Shown here in pieces: positions 50,887-59,938 of a stretch of DNA of 64,000 bases (the stretch's first letter is position 1; every line of letters starts with the position of its first letter). This DNA is from Corallococcus coralloides DSM 2259 (lineage in GTDB: Bacteria > Myxococcota > Myxococcia > Myxococcales > Myxococcaceae). Made by a program: the position numbers and the translations under genes. Under the pieces are notes generated by a model. The model was not told the DNA's origin and ran no database searches. It saw only the letters and a list, made by a program, of their open reading frames with translations. The stretch lies in contig NC_017030.1 in NCBI RefSeq assembly GCF_000255295.1, positions 6,102,328 through 6,166,327 of the forward strand, given 5' to 3'.

Positions 50887-51558
50887 GTGCGCAGCATGGA
50901 CGACATCGCCCGGGAGAAGGCCCAGCGTGCCGCTCCTCCCGCCCGGGGCGGTGGCGCCGCCAAGGCCGCTCGCGCGCCGGCCCGTCGCGCCCCGGCGCCC
51001 GCTCCCGTCGAGGAGGAAGAGGACGACTCGGGCGACGCGGTGGCGGACCCCTGGTCCCGCGAGGCCCGGGAGCTGGAGTCGCCCCGCTCGCCCATCGATG
51101 ATCCGGAGGTCCTGCTGGACGACGCGCGCTCGTTCCTGCGCGAGCTGGAGGGCGGCGACCGCATCGCGTTCTGGGGCGCGACGCTGGTGGTGCTCTCCTG
51201 CTTCATGCCGTGGAAGGAGACGGCGGCGGACGGCGACTTCCTGGGCCTCATCAGCCTGGGGTTCATCTCCTTCCTCTTCGCCGTGGCGACCATGGTCTTC
51301 GTGGGCCTGCGGGCGCGTCAGGTGATGACCTGGGTGAACCCCATGCTGCCGTGGGGCGCGCAGATGGTCTGCAGCGTGGTGACCCTCATCTGGTCGCTGG
51401 TGTTCCTGAAGCTGTCCTCGGACACCACGCTCGTGCCGTCGCCGCTCGGCAACTCGGAGATGATGAACTCGTCGCCGAGCATCGGCTGTTTCCTGGGCAT
51501 CCTCGGCGGCGTCATCGCGGTGCTGGGCACCTTGATGGGCCTGAAGCGCCAGGAGTAG
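50887..51558 (+). CDS. Membrane protein with acidic/Pro-rich N-terminal region and 3-4 C-terminal TM helices, probably preceded by a zinc-ribbon
   Basis: Coordinates use the first canonical start, GTG at 50887 (an ATG lies at 50896). In-frame upstream codons from 50617 encode the zinc-ribbon CPGC-x11-CPHC (see findings). Confidence 0.55.
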   Translation: MRSMDDIAREKAQRAAPPARGGGAAKAARAPARRAPAPAPVEEEEDDSGDAVADPWSREARELESPRSPIDDPEVLLDDARSFLRELEGGDRIAFWGATLVVLSCFMPWKETAADGDFLGLISLGFISFLFAVATMVFVGLRARQVMTWVNPMLPWGAQMVCSVVTLIWSLVFLKLSSDTTLVPSPLGNSEMMNSSPSIGCFLGILGGVIAVLGTLMGLKRQE

Positions 51559-51616
51559 GCCCGCGAGGATTTCGCTGCCGCGCCGGGCGTGAGGCGGGCT
51601 ACCGTCGCCCGCCACC

Positions 51617-52552
51617 ATGTCCGACGCCACGCCCCTCTCCCGCCTCCTCGACGCGCTGGGCTCGGCTGTCGTGGGCCAGCCCCGCGTGCTGGCCGACCTG
51701 GTGACGGCCTTCCTCGCGCGCGGCCACGTGCTGCTGGAGGGCGTGCCCGGGGTCGCCAAGACGCTCACCGCGCGCAGCATGGCGGGGGCGCTGGGCCTGT
51801 CCTTCTCCCGCGTGCAGTTCACCCCGGACCTGATGCCCGCGGACATCCTGGGCACCAACGTCTTCCAGCCGCAGGAGCAGACCTTCCGCCTGATGAAGGG
51901 CCCCGTCTTCACGGAGGTCCTGGTCGCGGATGAGATCAACCGCACGCCGCCCAAGACGCAGGCGGCGCTCCTGGAGGCCATGGAGGAGCGGCAGGTCACC
52001 ATCGACGGCGTCACCCACGCGCTGCCGCCGCACTTCTTCGTCGTCGCCACGCAGAACCCGCTGGAGCTGGAGGGCACCTATCCCCTCCCGGAGGCGCAGC
52101 TGGACCGCTTCCTCATGCGCGTGCGCGTGGGCTACCCGGATGGCGACGCGGAGACGTCCCTCCTGCGCGCCTTCCACCAGCGCGAGGGCCGGCCGCCCGG
52201 CGTGTCCCGCGTGCTGGACGCTGGCACGCTGACGGAGCTGCAGGACCGCGCCGCGCGCGTCGCGTGTGACGACTCCATCCTCCAGTACGTGGTGCAGCTC
52301 GTGCGCGACACCCGTGCACATCCTCGCGTGCGGCTGGGCGCGAGCCCCCGCGCCGCGCAGGCCCTGCTCGCGGCGGCCAAGGCGCACGCGGCGCTCCGGG
52401 GCACCGACTTCGTCACCCCGGACGACGTGAAGGCCGTCACGCCCAGCGTCCTCAACCACCGCCTCCTCCTCAAGGCCGAGGCGGAGGTGGAGGGCGTCAC
52501 CGCGGATGACGTGCTGAAGCAGATGCTCGAACGGGTGCGAGTGCCCCGGTGA
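51617..52552 (+). CDS. MoxR-like AAA+ ATPase
   Basis: Walker A GVPGVAKT, Walker B VLVADEINR, and MoxR-type C-terminus. Confidence 0.85.
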   Translation: MSDATPLSRLLDALGSAVVGQPRVLADLVTAFLARGHVLLEGVPGVAKTLTARSMAGALGLSFSRVQFTPDLMPADILGTNVFQPQEQTFRLMKGPVFTEVLVADEINRTPPKTQAALLEAMEERQVTIDGVTHALPPHFFVVATQNPLELEGTYPLPEAQLDRFLMRVRVGYPDGDAETSLLRAFHQREGRPPGVSRVLDAGTLTELQDRAARVACDDSILQYVVQLVRDTRAHPRVRLGASPRAAQALLAAAKAHAALRGTDFVTPDDVKAVTPSVLNHRLLLKAEAEVEGVTADDVLKQMLERVRVPR

Positions 52553-53874
52553 GCCTCGGGCGTCCGGTCCCCAGCGGCCTCGCCGTGGCGCTGTTCGCCG
52601 GGGCGCTCGTGCCCGCCGCGCTCGCGGTGGCGAGCCCTGCCTTCGGGTGGCTGGCGCTCGCGGTGGACGTGGCCGTCCTGCTCCTGTGCGCGGTGGACTT
52701 CCTGCGCGCGCCGCATGCGCATGACATCGACGCGCGCCGCGAGGTGGAGCCCATCCTCTCCTCCGGCGTGGACAACACCGTGCGCTGGGAGCTGCGTTCA
52801 CGCACGGACCGGCCCGTGAGAGGCGAGCTGCGCGACGAGCCGCCCCTGGACGTGGAGAGCCACGGCCACCGTCAGCCCTTCACGCTGGAGCCGAAGGACG
52901 CCACGCGGCTGACGTACCGCGTGCACCCTCCCTCCCGGGGCGACGCGCGCTTTGGCGACGTGAACCTGCGCCTGATGGGGCCGCTGGGCCTGTGCTCGCG
53001 GCAGGTGCGGCTGCCCGCGGGCCAGGACGTGAAGGTGTATCCGGACCTGCGCGCTCTGTCGCGCGAGGCGCTGACGCTGGCGCGCGCGTCGGAGGCCGTG
53101 TCCGCGCGCACGCTGCTGCGCAAGTCCGTGGAGGGCCGTGAGTTCGAGTCGCTGCGCGAGTACCGCCCCGGCGACGACTACCGCCACATCGACTGGAAGT
53201 CCTCCGCGCGCCACGGCCATACGCTGGTGCGCACGTGGCAGCCGGAGCGCAACCAGCCGGTGCTGCTGCTGTTGGACTGCGGCCGTCACATGGCGGGCCG
53301 GGTGCAGGGGCGCAGGAAGCTGGACCACGCGGTGGACGCGGCGCTGCGGCTGGCGCGCGTGAGCCTGGACGCGGGGGACGTGGTGGGCGTGCTCGCGTTC
53401 GCCAGCGACGTGCGCACCTTCCTGCCCCCACGAAAGGGCGCGGAGCACCTGCGCCTCATCACCGAGTCCCTCTACCGCGCGGAGGCCGGCCTGGAGGAGA
53501 GCGACTACGGCCGCGCGTTCGACTTCGCCTTCGCCCGCCAGACGCGCCGCGCGCTGGTGGTGCTCTTCACCGACCTGGTGGACCCGGATGCGTCCTCCGC
53601 GCTCCTCACGCGCACGCTGGCCCTGCGCCCCCGGCACCTGCCCGTCGTCGCGTCGCTCCTGGACGAGGACCTGGAGGCCGCCGCCACGGACGTGCCCGGC
53701 GACGCGACGTCCGCCTACGCGCGGCAGGCCGCCTCCCGCATGGAGTCCGAGTACCGCCGCACCGCCACCACGCTGCGCGACGCGGGGGCACTGGTGGTGC
53801 GCGCGCCGGCCCGCGGCTTCGGCGCCGCTGCACTCAACGTGTACCTGGACGTGAAGGCGCGCGGGCGGCTCTGA
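52549..53874 (+). CDS. DUF58 domain protein (vWA-like partner of MoxR)
   Basis: N-terminal TM helices and a DUF58 core (EFESLREYRPGDDYRHIDWKSSAR). The GTG start overlaps the MoxR stop. Confidence 0.8.
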   Translation: MSLGRPVPSGLAVALFAGALVPAALAVASPAFGWLALAVDVAVLLLCAVDFLRAPHAHDIDARREVEPILSSGVDNTVRWELRSRTDRPVRGELRDEPPLDVESHGHRQPFTLEPKDATRLTYRVHPPSRGDARFGDVNLRLMGPLGLCSRQVRLPAGQDVKVYPDLRALSREALTLARASEAVSARTLLRKSVEGREFESLREYRPGDDYRHIDWKSSARHGHTLVRTWQPERNQPVLLLLDCGRHMAGRVQGRRKLDHAVDAALRLARVSLDAGDVVGVLAFASDVRTFLPPRKGAEHLRLITESLYRAEAGLEESDYGRAFDFAFARQTRRALVVLFTDLVDPDASSALLTRTLALRPRHLPVVASLLDEDLEAAATDVPGDATSAYARQAASRMESEYRRTATTLRDAGALVVRAPARGFGAAALNVYLDVKARGRL

Positions 53875-54008
53875 GCGCTCACGACGCATTCGTCAAGCCC
53901 TTTGAGACATTCCAGCGCTCGCGCGCGCATGCGTCGCTCCGCCGAACAGCACGCTTGCCAATCGCGCGGAGGCCGAGTTTTCGGCCTCGGGGAGGACCCC
54001 CTTTACAG

Positions 54009-56837
54009 ATGCGGATCGCTCCCCAGAATGGCGCGCCTCAACTGTTCGCGCGCACGCGCGCACGCTCCAAACCGGACGGGAGGCGGGACTTGGCGGAGGT
54101 CGCGAGGGGTTTGAAGCTGGAAGTGGAAGCGGACGCCGCGGCCATCGCGGCCCGTGCCGCGGAGGAGCTGGTGGAGGCGGGGCTGACGCCCTTCCACGAG
54201 CGGCTCCTCGCCGAGGAACTGCTCGCGCGCAGCGGTGACACGCAGCAGCGGCTGGCGAACGCGCTGGCCGAGGCGAAGGTGGACCTCAACCCCCACCAGG
54301 TCGAAGCCGCGATGTTCGCGCTGGACGCGCTGTCGCGCGGCGGCTGCATGCTCGCGGACGAGGTGGGCCTGGGGAAGACCATCGAGGCGGGCCTCGTCGT
54401 CGCCCAGCTCATGGCGGAGGGCAAGAACCGCATCCTCATCCTGGCCCCGGCGGTGCTGCGCGCGCAGTGGAATGCGGAGTTGCGCGAGAAGTTCGACCTG
54501 GACAGCGTCCTCGTCGACGGCCGCGACGTGAAGAAGCACAACAACTGCTTCGATCAGCCCTTCCCCGTCATCTGCTCGCACCCGTTCGCGGCGAACCGCT
54601 CCGCGCTCGTGGCGGAGATTCCGTGGGACCTGATCATCATCGACGAGGCCCACCGGCTCCGGAACGCGCACCGCCCCAACAACAAGACGGGCCAGGCGCT
54701 GCGTGCGTCGCTGGCGGGCCGCCCCAAGCTGCTGCTCACCGCCACCCCGCTCCAGAATGACCTGATGGAGCTGTTCGGCCTGATGTCGCTGCTGGACGAG
54801 CAGATCCTGGGCCCCGAGCACGCCTTCCGCAGCCGCTACCGCGCGGACGAGGGCGGCGGCATGACGGAGGCCGCCGCGTGCGAGCTCAAGGAGCGGCTGG
54901 CCCCGGTGGTGCAGCGCACGCTGCGCCGCCAGGTGCGCGAATACGTCCGCTACACCAACCGCCGCAGCATCGTGGAGGACTTCCACCCGTCCCCCCAGGA
55001 GCACGACCTCTACGAGAAGGTCAGTGAGTACCTGCAGCGCTCGGAGGCCGCGGCCATCGAGCCGGGCAAGAAGACGCTCCTGACGCTGTGCTACCGCAAG
55101 CTGTTGGCCTCCTCCACGTTCGCCATCGCGCCCACGCTGCGGCGGCTGTCGGAGAACCTGGAGAAGCGCCTGACGGCCGCGCGGCTGGGACAGCAGGCCC
55201 TGTCGCTCTTCGAGCCGGAAGAGGCCAAGCAGTTCGTGGAGGAAGGCGAGGAGTGGTCCGACGACCCCGCCAAGGCGCCCCAGGTCCGCACGCTGGAGCA
55301 GGAAGTCTGGGAGCTGCGCCAGTACGCGGACCTCGCGGACTCCATCCGCATCAACGCCAAGGGTGAGGCGCTCAAGCGCGCGCTGGACCGCACCTTCGCG
55401 GTGATGCGCACGCACTCCTGGCCGGAGAAGGCGCTCATCTTCACGGAGTCCAAGCGCACGCAGCAGTACCTCTTCAACCTGCTGTCGGAGCACGGCTACA
55501 AGGACAAGATCTCCCTGCTCTCCGGCGACGCGGGTGGCACGCCCGAGGAGCGCCGGGCGCTGGTGGAGGAGTTCCGCCACAAGACGCAGATCCTCATCTG
55601 CACGGAAGCGGGCGCGGAGGGGCTCAACCTCCAGTTCTGCAACCTGGTGGTGAACTACGACCTGCCGTGGAACCCGCAGCGCGTGGAGCAGCGCATCGGG
55701 CGGTGCCACCGCTACGGCCAGCAGCGCGACGTGCTGGTGGTGAACTTCCTCAACCGGCAGAACGCGGCGGACGCGCGCCTGTTCGAGCTGCTGGAGAAGA
55801 AGCTCAACCTCTTCGACGGCGTGTTCGGCGCGTCCGACGAAATCCTGGGCGCGCTGGAGAGCGGCGTGGACTTCGAGCGCCGCGTGCTGGACATCTACCA
55901 GTCCTGCCGCGACCCGAAGGACATCAACGTCGCCTTCGACAAGCTGCGCGAGGAGCTGGAGGGGAGCATCAACCAGCGCATGACGTCGATGCGCTCGGTG
56001 GTGCTGGAGCGCTTCGACGGCGACGTGCGCCGCCGGCTGCGCGTGGCGGGAGACGCGGCCAAGGAGGTCGTGGCCAAGCGCCAGCAGGAGGCGAAGGCGC
56101 TCACCGGCTCCGTGCTGGGCAGCCGCACCTCCGGACGGCTCCAGGTGGCCAAGGCCGCCTACGCGGTGCGAGACCGCACCCAGGACACCGTCAGCTACCT
56201 GCAGCTGGACGCGGCGGGGCTCCCCTCGCGGCTGGCGCGGCTGGCGGGCAGCGAGGGCTGGTGGTTCGTCTACAAGTTCGAGACGACGGGCCTCAAGCCG
56301 GAGGAGAAGCTGGTCCACCTGGTGCTGGTGAAGGACCGGGACGGCGGCTTCCGCGCCCTGCCGCTGACGGACGGTGTCCACTTCACGAAGCTCGACGCCA
56401 AGGAAGAGAAGCGCCGGCAGCCCGCGCCGGTGTCGGTCCAGCTCATGCAAGAGCAGTCGCTCATGACCGCCAAGGATGAGCTGATTCGGGCCGCGGAACG
56501 GCGCAACGCGTTGGAGCTGGACAAGGCCAAGGAGCGCGCGGACCGCTACGTCGAGGACTGCCTGATGGAGTCTCGCGAGGTGGTGGAGGCCGCCCGCCAG
56601 GCGTGGTTCGACGCGCGCAAGGAAGTCACCGGCATCGAGGACGTCGCGGAGCGCGCGAAGGCGCGGGCGCACTCGGACCGCCTGGAGCGCGACTACCGCC
56701 GCAAGCTGGCGTCGCTGCGCAATGAGGAGGAGAAGCGCTACGCCTCCAAGGACCGGCAGATGGCGGAGCTGGCGAACAAGGCGCGCGTGACGGAGAAGCG
56801 CACCCTCATCGCCTCCGCGTACTTCTGGCTGTCGTGA
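54009..56837 (+). CDS. SNF2 family helicase (Swi2/Snf2 ATPase) with a long C-terminal extension
   Basis: Motif I ADEVGLGKT, motif II DEAHRLRN, motif III TATPLQN, and helicase-C motifs (QRIGRCHRYGQ). The start MRIAPQNG is internal to the ORF 53235..56837, with GGGAGG 13 nt upstream. Confidence 0.8.
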   Translation: MRIAPQNGAPQLFARTRARSKPDGRRDLAEVARGLKLEVEADAAAIAARAAEELVEAGLTPFHERLLAEELLARSGDTQQRLANALAEAKVDLNPHQVEAAMFALDALSRGGCMLADEVGLGKTIEAGLVVAQLMAEGKNRILILAPAVLRAQWNAELREKFDLDSVLVDGRDVKKHNNCFDQPFPVICSHPFAANRSALVAEIPWDLIIIDEAHRLRNAHRPNNKTGQALRASLAGRPKLLLTATPLQNDLMELFGLMSLLDEQILGPEHAFRSRYRADEGGGMTEAAACELKERLAPVVQRTLRRQVREYVRYTNRRSIVEDFHPSPQEHDLYEKVSEYLQRSEAAAIEPGKKTLLTLCYRKLLASSTFAIAPTLRRLSENLEKRLTAARLGQQALSLFEPEEAKQFVEEGEEWSDDPAKAPQVRTLEQEVWELRQYADLADSIRINAKGEALKRALDRTFAVMRTHSWPEKALIFTESKRTQQYLFNLLSEHGYKDKISLLSGDAGGTPEERRALVEEFRHKTQILICTEAGAEGLNLQFCNLVVNYDLPWNPQRVEQRIGRCHRYGQQRDVLVVNFLNRQNAADARLFELLEKKLNLFDGVFGASDEILGALESGVDFERRVLDIYQSCRDPKDINVAFDKLREELEGSINQRMTSMRSVVLERFDGDVRRRLRVAGDAAKEVVAKRQQEAKALTGSVLGSRTSGRLQVAKAAYAVRDRTQDTVSYLQLDAAGLPSRLARLAGSEGWWFVYKFETTGLKPEEKLVHLVLVKDRDGGFRALPLTDGVHFTKLDAKEEKRRQPAPVSVQLMQEQSLMTAKDELIRAAERRNALELDKAKERADRYVEDCLMESREVVEAARQAWFDARKEVTGIEDVAERAKARAHSDRLERDYRRKLASLRNEEEKRYASKDRQMAELANKARVTEKRTLIASAYFWLS

Positions 56838-56852
56838 GGAGCGCGAGCCCCG

Positions 56853-57191
56853 TCACAGGGGCTTGAGCCGCACCCACGTCGCGCCCCAGCCTCCGTCGGC
56901 CTCGGAGGCGGTCTGGAAGTTTTCGACCTCTGGCAGCGTGGGCAGCAGGGACTGCACGGTGCGCCTCAGCGCGCCCGTGCCCTTGCCGTGGATGATGCGC
57001 ACGTCGAGCACGCCCTTCTGGCGGCAGGCCCAGAGGTACTCGGTGACGAGGTCCTTCACCTCGCGAGGCTGGAAGAGATGCAGGTCGAGGTTTCCATCGA
57101 CCGGAATTTCTACCGCTCCCAACTCATCGGGCGTGGGCGGGGGCTCCGGACCCTCCGGCGGCAGGGGCGGGAGTGGCTTTCGGCGTGACAC
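56853..57191 (-). CDS. Smr domain protein
   Basis: Smr motif LDLHLF...VLDVRIIHGKGTG. GTG start. Confidence 0.7.
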   Translation of the reverse strand: MSRRKPLPPLPPEGPEPPPTPDELGAVEIPVDGNLDLHLFQPREVKDLVTEYLWACRQKGVLDVRIIHGKGTGALRRTVQSLLPTLPEVENFQTASEADGGWGATWVRLKPL

Positions 57192-57441
57192 CGTAGCGGG
57201 CCTCCTCCTGGCGCTGCTTCTCCTCGGCCGCCAGACGCTGACGCTCGCGCGCCAGCCGGAACTGTTCCTTGAGGCTGGTGATCTCCCCCTTGAGCTGGTT
57301 GATGTCCTCCTTCACCGCTCGCGGATGGCTTTCGTCAGCCACGTCCACGTGATTGCCCGCACGCTTGCCCTCCGAGCCGGCTCCACCGGAGGAGGTCATC
57401 TGCATCAACAGCGCGGCCAGGGTCATCACCTTCATGCCCAA
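57124..57441 (-). CDS. Small secreted coiled-coil protein (hypothetical)
   Basis: Signal peptide MKVMTLAALLMQ followed by a charged coiled-coil. It overlaps the Smr start by about 68 bp, so the call is uncertain. Confidence 0.3.
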   Translation of the reverse strand: MGMKVMTLAALLMQMTSSGGAGSEGKRAGNHVDVADESHPRAVKEDINQLKGEITSLKEQFRLARERQRLAAEEKQRQEEARYGVTPKATPAPAAGGSGAPAHAR

Positions 57442-57473
57442 TCACGTAAGCAAGCGCCGTGCTCGCGCGCAAG

Positions 57474-58532
57474 TCATGTTGCGTGAACGGCGCCTCTCTG
57501 GCCGCCCTCCTCCTTGTGTGACACGACGCGTTCCGCGAGCCGGACGGCGGACAGGGGGGCGCTGCCCTCCGCCTTGTTGTTGATGGTCACGAAGACGGGG
57601 CGGTCGCGCCGCACCGCGGCCATGCACACGCGGGCCAGCACGTCGCGGGTGCCCACGTCCTCGTCCACCAGCCGGTTGAACGGCGCGTAGCGGGCGTAGG
57701 CCTCCTCGTAGCCCAGGTTCGGCGGCAGCATCCAGCGCACCACCACGGCGCGGGCCTCGAAGGCGCGCGTGAGCTTCGCCTGCCGCGCGACGGGCGGCAT
57801 GTGGGCCCACACCGCGAGCACCGGGCTCACGCCCGTGTCCGCGAGCGCCTGGGCGAAGCCCTCCGTGAGCAGCTCCTCGTTGCGCACCTCCACCGCGTAC
57901 AGCGGCCCCCGGGGCAGCGCGGAGAAGAACGCGTGCAGCCGCTCCACGAAGCGGCCCGCGCCGCCCAATGCCGCGGGGTCCTGGGGCGGAAACTGGAAGA
58001 CGAGCGGCCCGGCCTTGTCGCCCAGCCCTTCCAGGAACGGCGCCACCACGTGGTCCACGGCGTAGGCCGCCTGGAGGAAGCGGTCGTTCACCTGTCCCCG
58101 GTGCGCGCCGTACCGGTCGTGCACGGGGAAGCGCGCCAGCGTGCAGGCCTCGTGGGCCTTCACCAGGAAGCGGAAGCCGTCCGGCACCTGCGCGGCGTAC
58201 TCGGCGAAGGTGGTGGCTGGCACCGGCGCGTAGAACGTCCGGTCGATGCCCACCGTGCGCAGCACCGGGTGGTGCGAGTAGGCAGCCAGGCCCTCGCGCG
58301 CCAGCTGGGTGGTGCTGGCCTCATGGTCGTAGACGAGCCCGTTCCAACCCGGGAAGGTCCACGACGACGTGCCCAGGTAGACGCCTCGCGGAAGCTGCTC
58401 GCCCAGCATGCGCAGGCTGTCGGACGGCTCGGCGGGCCCCACCGGCTGGGTCCTGCGCCGCGACGACGCCGGGGGCTCCTCCACCGCGCCGGTGAAGAGG
58501 TCGAACTGCGCGGGTCTTCGCGGTGCGCTCAT
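57474..58532 (-). CDS. DUF72 (UPF0759) family protein
   Basis: DUF72 pattern (YLGTSSWTFPGW...FLVKAH...YAVEVRN). The start MSAPRRP is internal to the ORF 57474..58733. Confidence 0.7.
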   Translation of the reverse strand: MSAPRRPAQFDLFTGAVEEPPASSRRRTQPVGPAEPSDSLRMLGEQLPRGVYLGTSSWTFPGWNGLVYDHEASTTQLAREGLAAYSHHPVLRTVGIDRTFYAPVPATTFAEYAAQVPDGFRFLVKAHEACTLARFPVHDRYGAHRGQVNDRFLQAAYAVDHVVAPFLEGLGDKAGPLVFQFPPQDPAALGGAGRFVERLHAFFSALPRGPLYAVEVRNEELLTEGFAQALADTGVSPVLAVWAHMPPVARQAKLTRAFEARAVVVRWMLPPNLGYEEAYARYAPFNRLVDEDVGTRDVLARVCMAAVRRDRPVFVTINNKAEGSAPLSAVRLAERVVSHKEEGGQRGAVHAT

Positions 58533-58696
58533 GCGTGCAGCTCCTCTCCCACGGCGGGAAGGCCCTGGGAGTAATCCCCGAGCCCAGACGATGCAGCAGG
58601 TTGCCCCGATTCGACGAGACGTTCCAGGTTTCCGGCACGCCCCCCAGGCGGACGGCCACGCACGGACAGTCCGCGTCCCTTCACCACGGTATGTGA

Positions 58697-58712
58697 TTGG
58701 ACCTATGTCCAA
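58697..58712. promoter_or_regulatory. Palindrome TTGGAC-ctat-GTCCAA upstream of the PAS-LuxR regulator gene; putative operator
   Basis: A perfect 6-bp inverted repeat with a 4-nt spacer in an AT-rich intergenic region. The same half-sites recur upstream of cheA. Confidence 0.35.
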
Positions 58713-58788
58713 ATGCAAATGCAGGCGCCTCACTGTAAGATGCTCAAACCGAGCAATTCAGCACTACTCATGTAAAGCTTGAACGGGA

Positions 58789-59733
58789 TTGCAACGGCCG
58801 GGGGGCCCCATGGACTGGTCGTTGACCGCATCGCTGCTCGCGGAGCGGGACACGCGCCCCATCGTCGTGATGGACCGGCGCGGCCGCATTGAGTTGGCGA
58901 ACGGCGCTTTCACGTCGCTGCTGGGCCGGCCCCGTGAGGAGTTGTTGGGGCGCCGCTGGACGGACGTCTGCACGCCCCGTGAGCATGGACGCAAGGTGGG
59001 ACAGGCGCTGCGGGCCATCTTCACCAGCGCGGAGACCCGGCTGGAGACGGAGGTGCTCACGCGCGACGGCGAGCGGCTGTCGGTGGAGCTGGACGTGGCC
59101 GCCGTGGGCCGCCCTCCCCTGCGGCTGGTGGCCATCATCACGCGCGCCTCTCCGCCCCTCTCCGTCCCCGAGCGCACCGCCGCCCCGGAGCCGGCCCGGG
59201 CCCAGGGTCCCCACCGGGACCTGAGCTACGAAATCTCCACCGAGCTGTCGTCATTCGGGACGCTCAAGGCGGTGTGGACCTCCGGGGAGGCGCGGCAGGA
59301 GGAGATGGTGGGCCAGCCGTGCTTCGGCGCCTTCGCGCACCGGGACGCACCCTGTCTGGACTGCCCGCTGACGATGGCGGCCCCCGCCTCCTGGCCGCAC
59401 ACCATCGTGCGGCAGGCCTCCGAGCACGCCGATGGCTATGAGGTCGTCACCGCCACGCCCACGGGCGCCGGCACCGCGCGCGTCAGCGTGCACACCATCG
59501 GAGATGAGACCCTCAGCGGCCTCTTCGAGGCGAAGGTGCGGCGCATGGCGAACGCCGCGCGGCTGTCCGAACGGGAAGGCGATGTGTTGCGATATCTCGC
59601 GCTCGGCCGCTCGCCGACCGACATTTCGACCGTGCTAGGAATTACCGAGCGCACTGTGAAATTCCACCAGACCAACCTCCTCCGGAAGCTGGGCGCGGAG
59701 ACGCGCTACGACCTGCTCCGCCTGTTCTTCTGA
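58789..59733 (+). CDS. PAS domain-containing LuxR family transcriptional regulator
   Basis: N-terminal PAS-like regions and a C-terminal LuxR/GerE HTH (EREGDVLRYLALGRSPTDISTVLGITERTVKFHQTNLLRKLG). An alternative ATG start is at 58810. Confidence 0.75.
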   Translation: MQRPGGPMDWSLTASLLAERDTRPIVVMDRRGRIELANGAFTSLLGRPREELLGRRWTDVCTPREHGRKVGQALRAIFTSAETRLETEVLTRDGERLSVELDVAAVGRPPLRLVAIITRASPPLSVPERTAAPEPARAQGPHRDLSYEISTELSSFGTLKAVWTSGEARQEEMVGQPCFGAFAHRDAPCLDCPLTMAAPASWPHTIVRQASEHADGYEVVTATPTGAGTARVSVHTIGDETLSGLFEAKVRRMANAARLSEREGDVLRYLALGRSPTDISTVLGITERTVKFHQTNLLRKLGAETRYDLLRLFF

Positions 59734-59795
59734 TCAGGGCGCCTGCCCTCCGGGACAGCTTTCACTCCGTTGACTTTGGAGGATGCTGGGACTTC

Positions 59796-59807
59796 GACTC
59801 CGGAGTC
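59796..59807. promoter_or_regulatory. Perfect 12-bp palindrome GACTCCGGAGTC between the LuxR gene and cheA
   Basis: Self-complementary and loopless, so more likely a protein-binding site than a hairpin. Confidence 0.25.
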
Positions 59808-59879
59808 TTGTGGGTCGGGGGGGCCGTTGCCCATGGGCAGCGCCAGTCAAATCCGTCTCATCAAACACATACAGTCTGT

Positions 59880-59895
59880 CTGGACTTTTGTCCAA
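59880..59895. promoter_or_regulatory. Palindrome TTGGAC-tttt-GTCCAA upstream of cheA; putative operator, second copy of the motif
   Basis: The half-sites are identical to those at 58697..58712. It lies about 45 nt upstream of the cheA start. Confidence 0.35.
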
Positions 59896-59938
59896 GGGCG
59901 TCCTGTCCGTGAGTGACACTCCGGGCTGGGACGACGTG

